A stretch of DNA of 64,000 nt from the human T2T-CHM13v2.0 reference genome, Homo sapiens: assembly GCF_009914755.1 (NCBI RefSeq), contig NC_060932.1; one strand, 5' to 3'. Shown piece by piece: positions 1 through 13,424 of this stretch (position 1 is its first letter; each line of letters starts with the position of its first letter). The notes beneath the pieces were generated by a model that saw only the letters and a list, made by a program, of their open reading frames with translations, did no database searches and had not been told where the DNA came from. The position numbers were made by a program, and so were the translations under genes.

Positions 1-670
1 CCGGAGAGCAGGTGTTCTGAGCACAGCGGAGCTCTCATTTTAGAAGGAAAGGCAAAAAGACAAGGAATAGAACAAGCGTGGGCTGGGGCAGGAATTTAAA
101 TAGTAACGACGGCCTCCCTCGGTAAAGGGAGAAGCCGAGGCCAGCGCCCAGGTGAGACTAGAAGTGTACCCACGGGGCCCCTGGAAGCTGCGCTCCAGCC
201 AACCTGTTGGACTCGGGGTGAGGAGGTGGGGGTGGGAGGGAAGAGCAAGTGACTCACCTGCAGCTCCCGGCACATCTGGTCTGCGCACAACCGGCGCCGC
301 AGGTAACGTACTCTTCTTTTGATCCTCTTAGTCTACACGTGAGGTCTGACTCGACCGGTCCAGGAGGGAAACTGTGTTCCAGCTGAGCTCTACCCAGCGC
401 CTGCTGCCTTGCCTTGCCCCGCCTCCACCTCCCTCCGGGCTCCTGGCCCCTGCGCTTACGCTAAGCGTGTCCGCCCCGCCCGCTCTAGCTCTGAGAGCCA
501 CTCGCCCAGTGCTTCCAGCACCAGCAGAGGGGAGTGGCAGGATCTAAGGGAGGGAGGTGAGACGGCGGGGGTGGGGGCGGGGGGTAGTGAGGTGCCCGGT
601 GACACTCAATATTACATTCATCCTGAATACACTTGCAGAATTACTGCATTTGATTCCCGTTTCCCCGGAT
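1..670. promoter_or_regulatory. CpG-rich promoter / CpG-island-like region, probably extending left of the window
   Basis: High GC and CpG density against the AT-rich remainder. GC boxes GCCCCGCCTCC (416-426), CCGCCCCGCCC (471-481) and GGGGCGGGG (574-582); CACGTG (336-341); TGACTCA (250-256). Confidence 0.85.
258..420 (-). other. Probable first exon of a minus-strand gene whose body lies left of the window; TSS approximate
   Basis: Minus strand reads CTGCAG|GTGAGT at 258/257, a perfect donor consensus, directly downstream of tandem GC boxes at 416-481. Confidence 0.55.
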
Positions 671-988
671 CTGTGCTTTTGTAAATGCTCCAGAGCAAAA
701 TTTCCAACTGGATCAGTGTGCTAAACTTGAGGTTAGGGCAGTTATATTAACTGCTTCATTTGGCATGGTTCAAGGTTTTCACATTTTCAGCAGGCATCTC
801 AGAATCATGCATTTTTCAAGTCTTTGCCAGAGAGAGTGAACCACACTCATCTTCGTTGTTTTCTAGTATGTATATATAGAATACATATTGGAAAGCATAT
901 ATTATGGATACACTTACATATATAAGTATATATTAGAAAGCATACACACACACACGTATTAGGTAGTATATATAAAGACATAAGCAGG

Positions 989-1123
989 CAGCCTGATGTA
1001 GTAGAATAAGCTTTTTCATAGATTGGACAGAAACGTGACTGTTTAGTTCTAGCTTTGCCAACTGGCTGTGGGACGTCTAGCTATCATTTACTTTGAGGGT
1101 CTCAGTGCCTTCCTCAGTGAAAT
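989..1123 (+). mobile_element. MIR SINE fragment
   Basis: Degenerate MIR core: ttctagctttgccaactggctgtg...tctcagtgccttcctcagtgaaat. Confidence 0.6.
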
Positions 1124-1146
1124 TTCAAGCTTTAATGAAAACACCC

Positions 1147-1345
1147 AACATTTAATGGGTGCTTACTTTATGCCAGGAAATTTGTAGGCTCTTTATTCAT
1201 GCAGTACCTTATTTAATCATAATGACAACACTATGAGGTAGCATATATCCATTTTACAGAAAGGAAAAGTGAGGCACAGGGAAATTAAGTGATTTGCAAA
1301 GGGCCACACAGTTCAAATCAAACCCAGGACTACATGTCAGAGGCT
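1147..1345 (-). mobile_element. MIR SINE
   Basis: ccattttacagaaaggaaaagtgaggcacagggaaattaagtgatttgc is the reverse complement of the MIR core. Confidence 0.85.
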
Positions 1346-1459
1346 GCCTTCATAAACAAAATTCTAGAAACATTATTTTTTGTTGATAAATCAGTGTGAT
1401 TGTTTTTATTTTCTTTGTTTACAAGTTTCTAATGAAGGACAGGAGTTTAATGAGGTATT

Positions 1460-1578
1460 TTCATCACTCTTTCAACAAAAGTTTACTGAGCATTCACTAT
1501 ATACTGGCACTATTCAAGGTACTTGCGATGTATCAATGAAGAATAGACAAGATCTCTGTTGTTGTGGAGCTTATAGTA
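1460..1578 (-). mobile_element. L2 LINE 3' end
   Basis: ttcaacaaaagtttactgagcattcactatatactggcact...ggagcttatagt. Confidence 0.75.
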
Positions 1579-2149
1579 ATCCTCTGAGAATAAATGGGGG
1601 ACTTCAATAAACTTTTTTAAACTATAATATTTATAAGCATGGTTCTTTTGACAGCCATCCATTTGGTTAACTTTTCTCCTTAAAGAACTCTTCCATACAG
1701 TAAATACAGAAATGCTAGAATTATCCCAGTCAACAGTTCTTCATTCTGTATAGGTACTGTATCGTTATTATTTTTTAATGTAGCAGAGCTTTCCCCTGCA
1801 CAGCAAGAAAACTCCTCCAGCATCTCAATTGTAGATTATATAGGTATTGAAAAAAAGCAAAAGGCCATAGTTCTGTTAAGGCTTATTCATACCATGATTA
1901 GCAATGAAAGTCTATACTAGCTTTACAGATTATGGTGAGGAAAGAGGAAAGCATTCAAAGGAGAATGCCAGCTTTAGGTGAGGAGAGAGATCTTGGACAG
2001 GTAACCAGAGGTTAGTGAAAGATGACTGAGGCTTCCAGGTCTCCTCCCCTGCCAGTAAGCCACTGAACCTCAGTTATGATGAATGTTGTCCTGTAGAAGT
2101 AGTTATAATAACCTCTCCTTAAGAGTCAGGCTGTTTGCTACACATCTGA

Positions 2150-2330
2150 CTTCTCACAATGATCCTATGAAGTAAGCATTGTAATCCTTAGTTATAGATT
2201 TCAACTTGGATGCTTATAGGCACTAAGAAAGTAACTTTCTACCTTACATAGTGAATATGTAAAGGGGTATGTGAAAGGCTTGAAACAGGCCCTTTCTGAC
2301 TTCTGACTCTATCTCAACTGCTAACAGCGT
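2150..2330 (-). mobile_element. MIR fragment
   Basis: tctcacaatgatcctatgaagtaagcattg...cttgaaacaggccctttctgactt. Confidence 0.55.
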
Positions 2331-3949
2331 AAATGTTTCAATTGGGCACTGATTGTAGTTATAGCAATTTACACTCATCAAGGCAATCATAACTAGAGGG
2401 ATGATTAGTCAACATGGAGTATATAAATATAAATGACCCCTTTTTAAAATATAGAGTCTTGAGTAATACAAATCCCCACCTGTGCTCTGTGCCCTTCCCT
2501 TAAGTCTGTTGATTTTCCTTCCTTGATGGCCCAGATTTTAGTAAGAGACTCCAAGGAAGAGCATAACATAGAATAAGAAGGGAAACATGTCCACTTGAAA
2601 GATACTTCTTTTAGCCCTAATCCTGACCTGAGGTATAACCTGAGGCATGTCAAAGGAGAACTGCTGATAAGTAGTTGGGGGTGGTGAGGTCTTGCTTTCC
2701 ATTTCATTTCTACATAGCATAGGAGGAATGTGATTGTCATGTGGGAGGTTGCTCAGTACTGCAATGTGAAAACTCGACAGTCTAAAGGCTTTGGGTATAT
2801 TCCCTAGTCATCAGATGTTATATTCGAGTGATTTTCCATTAAGACTCTTGTTATGAAATACTCTACTTGCTTTTGGCTTCATCTATCAATTCTACATGTA
2901 TTGACTTGAATATGGAATCTCCAGCGACAACTAGTATTTTTAATTCTTTCCATTTTTATGAGTATTTTAAGTTTATTAATGAATAGTGTATATTCTTAAA
3001 AGTTACAAATAAGATCAAAAGAAAAATCATGGCATACTTTAAACGTCTAAATAACAGTTATGAAAATAAAAGTTAAAAGTCATTTTAAGCTTATTAGAAA
3101 ATCCTACTGTTAAAAATATGTAACACTTCATTTAGGTTTTGAAGAAATCATGATGATATTTATGTTAATATCATATTCTGTTTAACTGTGATACTTTTGA
3201 ACAATATATTATAATATTTCTGTGAAATCATTAATGATTATCTCTAATATGAATGTTTAAAACAATTACACAGCTATGTCATTAAACATTTTTAGGAAAA
3301 TGTACATTCATTATTAATTTATATCCAAAATACTGCAAACTTTTTTTATAATTAGGTAGACATGGGAAATATAATTAATGGATAATTTTGAATAAACAGC
3401 TTTATAAAATTCAACTTAAGTAAAATCTAGATTTTTATTTTTAATTCCTTCACTGTAGTTTCATAGATTTACACTAAATTCCTTTAATTTTTATCATTCA
3501 TCAACAATGCAGACAATGTTTTGTGTGAGGTATGCGTATCTTTGGCTCTGTCTTTGATTTCTCAGGAACTGACAACCAGATAGATGTACCAATTGTGATG
3601 ATGTTTAAAAATGTCTTTGTGTGTGAACAAAGTGGCTTTATCTTTTTTTCCTTCATTGCATTGGGATATGTTTAAAGGTAAAAGAAAATATGACAAATTC
3701 TATCTATTCATCTTTCATGTGCCTTCTAGGCGCTTGGAATAAATCCTTCCAACTGTATGACAGCCCACTCTAATGCAGAATTTAGCTTAATGTGGGCTTG
3801 TTCTGGATTTCTTCCAAGGGAAGGCAATTATCTTTGGAAGTACCCAAGAAATCATTTTTATAGCCTAGTCTGCTACAGAGATAGCATGATGGGTTGATGA
3901 CGGTGATGGTGAGGATAATAATATGATAATAATAGCTGTTGCCTTTATG

Positions 3950-4140
3950 TATTTAGTCCCTGTTCTGCCTTCTATAGGCTGCATGACCTTAACAAGTTTC
4001 TTAAACCCTGTAAATCTCATTTTCCTCATCTGTAAAATGGGGATAACAATAGTACTTTATGTTATTGTTTTAAACTTAAATGAGATAATCCATGTAGAAT
4101 GTATAGTGCAATGTCATTCTTATCACTTTTATTATTGTTA
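3950..4140 (+). mobile_element. MIR SINE
   Basis: catgaccttaacaagtttcttaaacc...ttcctcatctgtaaaatggggataacaatagtac. Confidence 0.85.
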
Positions 4141-4204
4141 CATTTCAGGAATTTTTTTGTACTTCCCCCTACCCCCAAGGTCCTAACTAAAAACCTGCGA
4201 GATG

Positions 4205-4400
4205 ATAGACATTATGTTAAGAACTTTACAAACATTATCTCATTTCCTTTATATTTTACATAACCCAACAATGAAGGTAATATTATGATTTTGGTTTTCC
4301 AGATGAGAAACCAGGATCAGAGTGTTAAAATAATTTTCCAAGTGTCAAACAGATAGTAGATGTAGATTTGAACACATTTGTTTGACTCAAAGCCTTTATT
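4205..4400 (-). mobile_element. MIR SINE
   Basis: ttttccagatgagaaaccaggatcagag...gatttgaacacatttgtttgactcaaagcc. Confidence 0.7.
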
Positions 4401-5120
4401 CATTGAAGGGCATTGATATAAAAATAATGTGATGATGAGAAATCACTGTTGGACATTTTCTTCTCTTCTTTACAAATAATTTTGAGAAATGAACATTTCT
4501 ATTATATGCTCCAAATAATTAAGAAATGACTATACTTATCAGCAATAACCAACATATGACTGTGATTTCACATTTAAATAATTCAATTTTTTAAATCATC
4601 ATTCTCCAAAGGAGATAGGCGATTGGATTGATCATTAAATGATTTTTCACTTTGTCACTACTATATACCAAAGACATTTTGAATTGTTCTTGAATTATCG
4701 AGAAATGCATAGACTCAGGACACTTATTGTTCACCAGATTAATTATTATAATTACGTTGAAATTAAACTTTTATAAACAAGATTTAGAAGCAGTGGAGCA
4801 AAAGCATCTCAAGTTCTCTGCTCATCATGTTCTGGGACCTGTTATGTGAACCCAATATTGAAGTTGAAAATTCCAATTAAACACTTTTTACTCAGCTCTA
4901 TAGAGTTCCCTTATGTTGATAAAGAAAGGTGGAGTCATACGGAACCATTAAAAACTGTGGCTGTCATTTGAGTGTATATGATTCATTAATACTAGAAGTA
5001 AAATTGCCTTTAGACTTATTCTATTTAGTACTTTCCTTCATTATTAAGGAACTCATTAAACTTGAACTTTATCTTGTAATTGGAAGAAAGGCAACCTTTG
5101 CACTCCATACTGTTATGAGG

Positions 5121-5412
<292 letters not shown>

Positions 5413-6774
5413 CGCGAGGTTTTTAATGTTAATTTTCCTTGGTTTTCCCTATGAGAAGTGTATCACTCAGTAAATATTTATGGACATGTACTTTTACAAT
5501 ATTCAGGGGGTAGTTATGAGAATACACAGATAAAATATGTGTATAAAGTATCATATATCATATATACAATACATATGAATATACACATTCAACACACACA
5601 TATGAAAACTAACATTACAGTTTATAATGAATACTAGTTTGGTTGATTACATTTTCTTACTCTATGCAAGAAAAGTAATGAGCAATCATTGACAATGCAA
5701 GGAAAATAGTAAAGACAAGCAAGAGGAAAGGCAATTTTTCTCTGCAGAATGGTTCTTAGATATATGGTATAGTCCTTTTAAATAGCATCTCCATGGCATT
5801 TTAAACATATAATCTAATAAAAGAAAAAAATATGAAGTAACTTTTTAGGACACATATGCTAAAATCTGTGCCGAAATATTTTTGTTAAACGAATTGTGAA
5901 ACTATATAGAATACCTATTATTCTAATCTCAGTTTAAGCACATAGAACACTAATGTAAATATTATACATATTAAATCATTGCACACAAATGGGATAACCT
6001 CAATTCTGTTTTAACTCCCAAGGCAATGCTTTTTAAACTTAGCAGCATGTTCTACTTTCTTACAGTTTTCTCTTTGGTACCAAGAAAAAAAAAAAAAAAA
6101 AGGAATGTACACACGAATCTTGTTTTGTTGTTTTAAAAAAGAGCCCAGAATCAGTGCATGTATTCCAGAATATATTTTCTCTACACCGTATAATTATATT
6201 GATGGCAACTGAATATACAAATTTGTCATTCTTGCAACATGAAGAGTAGCAATGAGCCATATGGCTTCTCCTTTACACCACTGCATCTGATTGACATCTC
6301 AGTTATAGACTCAGCCTCACAGTTCTCCCACAAACAGATTTCCCGGAAATCTAAACCAAATGAGAATCCAGAGGGAAGTCAAAACATAGTAAATTTGTCA
6401 CAGGCCTGCTTTTTTTTTGATTGCTATAAGGTCAAATTTATCCATTTTAGTACAAGCGAATGTTTTATTATTAAGGTGACAGCAAGAAATATCACGTTAT
6501 ACTTATAATTTTTTAAAAAATGGAAATAAATCTCAAATAATTTGTAAAAGAATAGAAAAAAATAAATAAGACTTTTTAAATAAATTTAAGAAATCATCAA
6601 CGTAGTCATAGGTTCAATATTTATGATGACTCTGGGCCCCTTACTTTTAATAGCAGAAGCTTATGAAAAATTAAGAACAGATAATTACTGACTAAACAAG
6701 TGGAAAATTTGAGTATGTGTTTATATGTGTGTGGAGAGCAAGTATTTTAATTTGATTTTTAAAAATTAAGACAT

Positions 6775-7085
6775 TGCCAGGTGGAGTGACTCACACCTGT
6801 AATCCTAGCAATTTGAGAGGCTGAGGTGAGTGGATCGCTTGAGCTTAGGAGTTCAAGACCAGCCTGGACAACATGGCAAAACCCTGTCTCTAAAAAAAAT
6901 TTAAAAAATTACCTAGCCAGGCATTGTGGCATGTGCCTCTAGTCCCAGCTACTCAGGAACCTGAGGCTGGAGGATCACTTGAGCCCAGGGCGGTCAAGGC
7001 GGCAGTGAGCCATGATCGCACCACTGCACTACTGCCTGGGCGAAGAGCGAGACCCTGTCTCAAAAAATAAATAAATAAATAAATA
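6775..7085 (+). mobile_element. AluJ
   Basis: J-type features (ggatcacttgagcccagg, gtcaaggcggcagtgagccatgat) and an (AAAT)n tail. Confidence 0.93.
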
Positions 7086-7556
7086 TAGGTATACTAAAAT
7101 TGTATTTTATTACTTAATATTGTTCAATAAATAGGAAAGTATCAAAACAATTTTAAGCATAAGTAAGAAAAAAACACTTCCTATTTGAAAATGGTTAACT
7201 TTTGGCCTGCTTCACTTTTTTTTCATAATAACGTGTTAATAGCTGGCAATGTAGCTGTTTGTAAAATATTTATTGATGACTAGATGTAAAACAAAAAGCA
7301 AGTTTGGGTGTATTTGAACATACAGGTGCTTGGATAAGACTGTAGAAAGCAGTGTGTGGCCTCTGACAATGTCAGCATGGGCAAACATTGCCTGACATGG
7401 AAGCCATGTTTGCTTGTGAAATTATGATCCATGTTCATCATTTTTAAATCGTATTTGAATCAGCACTTGTCCCTGGAGCAAGAAGACTCCTAAAGTAAGT
7501 GCGCCTCTCTCCAATAAAGTGATAGAGATCACTTTCTTATAGAAGAAAAACTGGAT

Positions 7557-7735
7557 GAAAACAACCATTTTCTTAACATCAAAGACCCCTTAAAGGGTCT
7601 AATCAAACCCCAGGGTCTATAGAGCACACTTTGAAAACTATTATTATAGAGAATGTACTTATTTTGACAATTTAAGTATAAGAATTAAAATGTTTACATT
7701 GCTCAGGAATGAAAGAAAGAAGTATAGAACTTGTA
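7557..7735 (+). repeat. Direct repeat copy 1; copy 2 is at 9087-9265
   Basis: Ungapped alignment at offset 1530, about 15 mismatches over 175 bp counted by eye. Confidence 0.95.
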
Positions 7736-7749
7736 CTCTACTAAAAAAG

Positions 7750-9173
7750 TTGTTCTCATGGCTTTAGGTTTTGAAATTATGGCTGTTATAGAAAGCAGCA
7801 GCGTTGAGACCGCTTTGCCCTCTTAAAAATTATTGAGGGCCCCAAAAAGGTTTTATTCATGTGGGTTATATCTTAATATTAACTATATTCAAATTAAAAC
7901 AGAAAAAAATTAAAATATTCATTTATTAAATTATTTAAAAATAATAGTAACAAACCCAATACCTGTAAAGAAAAACACATTTTTGAAAATAAATATATTT
8001 GTCCCCCCTTAATTAGTGAGAAGAGTGACGTTGTTTTACAATTTTTCATATCACTTTCATATTTGACTTAATGTCTGCTTCTGTATTCAAACTGTTGCAA
8101 CCTGGTATTTTGGTTGAATCTTATGCAGAAAACCAGTGTCACACAGATATGCAGTTAAAAAAGAGAGGGTATTTTGATAACTTTGGCATATATTTTACAT
8201 AAATTTGTCTTTGATACTACTCCAGAACCTGACAGATTAGTTACAATATGAAGTCTGAAACTGTATCAATGAATTTCTCATACCCATTTACATTAAAATC
8301 CATGATCTATCCTGTCCTTGGAATGATTTCTTTTGAATCCATACATGATTTTGTTATGTCATGCACTGGTCACTTAGAAAATGGTTGTTTCTTAGATATG
8401 CAGACCTTCCCAAAGGTGACATATTTTACTAAACAACAACAAAACAATTACTTTTGTTAATGTTACCAATTTAATCAGACAATTTTTTAATGATTGGGAA
8501 GTTATCAAGCATATGGTAGTACAAATGTGTTTTCCAAAACTCGACTTTTCACTTGGAAGCTCAAATTTTATCATCAGCAGAAAAATATTGTTAGATTTCC
8601 TTGACGGTGACAGGTTCCATGCATTCATTTTTATGAAATTATTATAAACCTCTGAATAACCGTAGTTCATCTACCAGCCTTTTTTTTTTCAAGTGAAAAT
8701 GGTGATCCATGGAAACAGTGGCTAACTCATTGTGCAACCCAAAACAGCCACACTAATGCTTTGTCGGGAGATAAGCATGTTACCGAGATATGCTGCAGAA
8801 GGCCTCCAGTGTACTTCCAATTTAGTCAAATAAAACATTAAAAAGACATGTACTCCATTACGAAATGTAATAAAATTTATTTTTCTTATTGTTCATTGGT
8901 AACATTATTAAGTGAAACTGGAATTTTATTTCCCGAAAGTATGTGAAGAACAGAGTGGCAGCTAGTATAGTTTGGTGCCACTGCTTTGAGGTGTGCTAAA
9001 ACACAAGCAGTTGTACCAATCATTGATTTTCATCATCAGTGAAAACAGACTCAGTGAAAAACACAAATATTGTCTTAAAATAAAAAGAAATCAACCATTT
9101 TCTTAACATCAAAGACCCCTCAAAGGGTCTAATCAAACCCCACAGTCTATAGAGCACACGTTGAAAACTATTG
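7750..9173 (-). mobile_element. Charlie1/Charlie1a hAT DNA transposon; left boundary approximate
   Basis: One end reads ctcttaaaaattattgagggccccaaaaagg...tgtgggttatatc; the other reads gacccctcaaagggtct...cacacgttgaaaactattg, matching recalled Charlie1 termini. Confidence 0.85.
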
Positions 9174-9325
9174 TTATAGAGAATATACTTATTTTGACAA
9201 TTTAAGTATAGGATTTATAATGTTTACATCATTCAGGAATGAAAGAAAGATGTATAGGACTTGTATGTTTTTCTTTGCGTGGTTTCAATAAAATGTTTCT
9301 TGTATCTAATATATCTTATTTAGAG

Positions 9326-9326
<1 letters not shown>

Positions 9327-9371
<45 letters not shown>
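9327..9371. repeat. (TA)/(CA)n(GA)n microsatellite
   Basis: Direct reading. Confidence 0.95.
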
Positions 9372-10306
9372 GTGAGCATATGAATATTTACATATTGTTA
9401 GGCAGGCAGAAAAAATATGATTAATTTTACCTCCAATTGATCAGCTATTTCTTATAAACTTCTTCACCCTAGATATCAGGTAAATCCTACATTTTTAGTA
9501 TAATTAAATAAATATAATCTAATCCAACAATTTAAATATTTCCTTTCGGTAATGCATAGTCTTGTGGGAAAAAAATGTTCAGTCTCTCAGATTTTTGGTA
9601 TCCTTTCTACCCTTCTCCAAATGGGCAGTGAGTGGCCCAAAGAGATAATGTTTTCTAGTCTAGTCTAAGTGGGGTCAGTTGGATCACCGGTTAACAGGAC
9701 TATTAGTCCAGCCTTTCTGGACTAATAGCTACTGGGGTATTTATGGGTATGAAGTCTAGAGGCCATTAGCTTTTGTTCTCTACATTCTTCCTCACTTAGG
9801 CCTGTTGCCATCGGCTTCAGGTTATAAATGGTTTATCAGGCCTCTCCAGCACCTCAACTCTGTATCTCCTTAGCAGTGTAAAGGGCCACTTCTATCTATC
9901 TTAGGTTTATCTATCTGTAATCTACTATTGCTTCCACAAAATGACAACTGCTTCATTGTGGCAGGGTATGGAGCATCTCCTAAAGCTTATAGCTTTTCAC
10001 TAACACCAATTGCAAAGTGTTAACTCACATGTTCCTGGGCTGGCCAGTACCTTCTGGAAGTTTCTAAAAGCCCCTCCCTGACTTGCTGGGGTTTCCCATC
10101 AATGTGTATTTGTATTTATAGAGGATACATAAGTCCTGTAGCTGAGCCATAGAAAGACAAGTCTTATACGTCTTTCTTTCATTCCTGAACAATGTAAACA
10201 TTATAAATCCTATACTTAAATTGTCAAAATAAGTGTATTCTCTACCTCTTCCCATCACCTATCTTTTTAAATAATTAGTCACGTGTTTTTTCCCTCTGCT
10301 TCTAAA

Positions 10307-10528
10307 TTAGGGGTCCTCAATCAGGGTTAGTACTGCCATCTTAAAGACATATTTGGAAATGTGGTCATGGTGTTGATGGTGGGTGGTATCTTTACCTGTC
10401 ACAGTGATTGGAGAATATTATTGACAAGTACTACCCTGGATCTATAGATGCTAAACATCTTTTACTTTATGGGCAATAAAGAATTGACATTTCCCAAATG
10501 CTAATAGCACTCTCATGAAAAACACTGC
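10307..10528 (+). mobile_element. MER20/MER20B-like hAT element
   Basis: taggggtcctcaa...tttggaaatgtgg...tgtcacagtgattgg...gatgctaaacatc...aaagaattg...aaaaacactg. Confidence 0.65.
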
Positions 10529-13424
10529 TCTAGGATACAAATTCCTCAGACTCCAGGGAAGAAAGCCTCACAGCTTAGCCATGGTCTCTATAACCAAGGC
10601 AACACGAATTAGTCAAACCTTCCCACAACCCTCCAGATGAAAGCCTTAGACTGACTGCAAGAAAAAAAAGTCATGGATCAGAAAAACGGAAGGTATTATG
10701 GTCATTTTATAAAGTATGTACATACATTAGACTTTTGAATTTGTAATCTTTTTTCTAGTATCGTTGCATAGAGATGACACATTAAGCACAAGAAATAATA
10801 TATATATAAATATGCATATATTTAAAATCTACAGTAAAATAACACTGTTTTATTGTGATAACTGTTGAGAAGGTACAGACCTGGTTTCACTGAAGTAGAC
10901 ATGCTAATGGATGGACTGTGGCACACATTATAGAGATAATATGTCATACATACTCCGCAGCTGAACTTTTATCTAAAGATTCTGGGAAGACTTCATAAAA
11001 AGCTTAAATAACTCTTAAAATATCTTTGGTGAGCCTTCTCAGAGACAGAATATCTTGAACCATCTCCTTGCTAGTTGCCAGCTTTATGTCCAAAAGGGCA
11101 AACAAGATTCATTGTTTTCAGAATGGCTTTGCAGTGCTTTCATATCCACTTCTCTATACTTTATTCATCTGGTTCTTCTTTTATTGATTTAGTTTCTGAC
11201 CACCTTGCATGTGAGAAGTTTGCATGTAAAAATAACTAAATGGAGTGCAAATAATTAATAAAATGTCCCTTAGTTATTTTTTGATATAGTTCATTCAGAA
11301 TATTCCAAATCTTACTCTGTTTAATAAAATGTATATCATATGCATAATAGTCATATACAAAATTCCTAGAACTATTGATAAGCTTTGTGTTTTGGAATCA
11401 GAATTCTCTATAACTTATATGATATTGATTCTTTAGAAAATGTATAATATTGAAAGAATTCAAATTGCATATTTTTCACTGGAATGTGAAAAATTTGCCA
11501 AGGTAGATCCCCCCATAACTATCCTATAGTTTGCATTTAATTTTACTATTTTTTTTCTTAAAAATACATTTAGTACTGGGCATATTTCATGTCTGCTGAG
11601 AGCAACACATTTAATTTGACTTTTTCTTGGTAGAGAAAATTAAAGAAGTTGCATAATGAATATTTCTTGAGTTGTGAATTAATATGGAGTGATTCAGAAT
11701 CTGTGAAAGCTTTGGAGATGTTTTAATTTCAGAAAAAGGCAATGATGTGTGAGTTATCACACAAGTTACAAAAACTATAACAATTTCCAGTACACTGTGT
11801 ATACTCTAAATGTCTTCTGCCTCACAGCATGCTTGAGGTGAATTAGCTATTTTATTGACACCAGTATCATAAGAGAAGCTCATGTCATCTTTTAGAATTT
11901 TTGTATTTGATTGATCTCTTTTTTAGCTTTTTTGTAAAATGTCAAATTGAAAATAAAGATAGCCTCTGCCAGAAGTTGCGTTACCGTTGAAGTTTGTTTT
12001 GATTCTGTAGTGTAGTTTTTCTTTTGTTTTCAGTATTCACAATTTTGGTTACTATTTTACTGTTCATGATCTGTTACCCTTAATATGAATTTAGTAAATT
12101 TTGTTTGACATTTTGGATTCAAAGACACTGGTAACTCTGTAAAATGATTGTTTTTTTTTAGCATACTCTGAAATTATAACATACAGTTCAAATTTTTCAT
12201 GAGCAATGCAGAACTGGAAACTCGTTCATACATTTTGCTCCCTGACACTTGTTCAGTAATCTGCAATGAGAGACAGATTAGATAGTTGAATCAGAAAAGT
12301 CACAGAAGTTTTTAAAAACTGACAAAAAAAAAGGAATGATAATCTAGCAAAGTTTTGTTTATTCACTGGAGTACAAGGACCAAGCTTAATGGACAGATGA
12401 AAAGGTTAATAGATGAAGACTTAGATGGGGTGCTGTGAATAGGTTGCTAAGCAACAGCATTTGTAGAATGTTCAACTAAGTATCAATCTATGAAACAAAT
12501 GAAATAGGAGTGTTTTTCCTAAAGATAGGTAAGGAGGAAAAGGCAGAGAGCAATAAGGTCTATAAATTAAGACATCCAAACTTTTTTGTGGTGAAAGTTT
12601 GTTGTGTTTATGGGAATCAGCATATCGGAGGATTAAGTGAGGTAATTTGTGAAATATTTTGAGATGTAAGATTTATTTTCATTTTTACTTATTTATTTTT
12701 GTTTTCTTTCCTGGGCATAAAATACAAAGTGTTACTAATATTTAGCAATTGCTATTTGTGTGTTTGACTGATAAGAAAAAGAAGCAGTAAATTCTCAATA
12801 GTCATTTCTCCCTGGAACACATTGTAGACACAAAAGAGTCATTTTCCTTTTGATTTCATCCTCTATTCCAGAGACTGTCTTTCTTTAAAATTCATTCTAG
12901 ACACAAAAAGAGCCAGTTGGTCTCTGATTACTGCACACCTGGCTTGCTTGATTGTGTTTCCTTGTAAGCATTCAGCGAATCTTATTTATTGCTTGAAACT
13001 GAGCTTCAGCACACTCTTAACAATATCTGTTCTCCATTTCTTACTTCGGCTCTTGCTGTCTCTGCTTCTGTTCACCATAGATATCACATGTCTGGGCATC
13101 CTTACCTTACCCATCATTCTCATATTCTTAACCCAGTGGGGTCTGAAGGTAGATCAGAGCTGCCTATCTTCTAATTTTAGTAACAGACTATTTTATTATT
13201 GATGAGGGTTATTTTCAGTATGTAGAATGTGTTTGACAACGACAGTCCTTCCTACTTGTTTTTGCTGCTCAGTGGTATGAGGTGGAAAAAGTTTGGATGA
13301 ACTGCTTCTGTTAACATTTCCCAAGTCTTCTGGAACTCTATCAGGCTATTAAAAGATGTTCTGTAAAATATTTTCTTAAAAAATCAAATGTGTGTTTGCA
13401 TTAAACAAAATTAAAGAGCTTCGT

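Noticed and set aside
40-684. Short ORFs in the CpG island (40..288, 96..290, 409..684)
   Set aside because: They have non-ATG or weak starts, run through the splice donor and show no recognisable domain; GC-rich DNA is stop-poor. I also could not recognise the gene, so no symbol is given.
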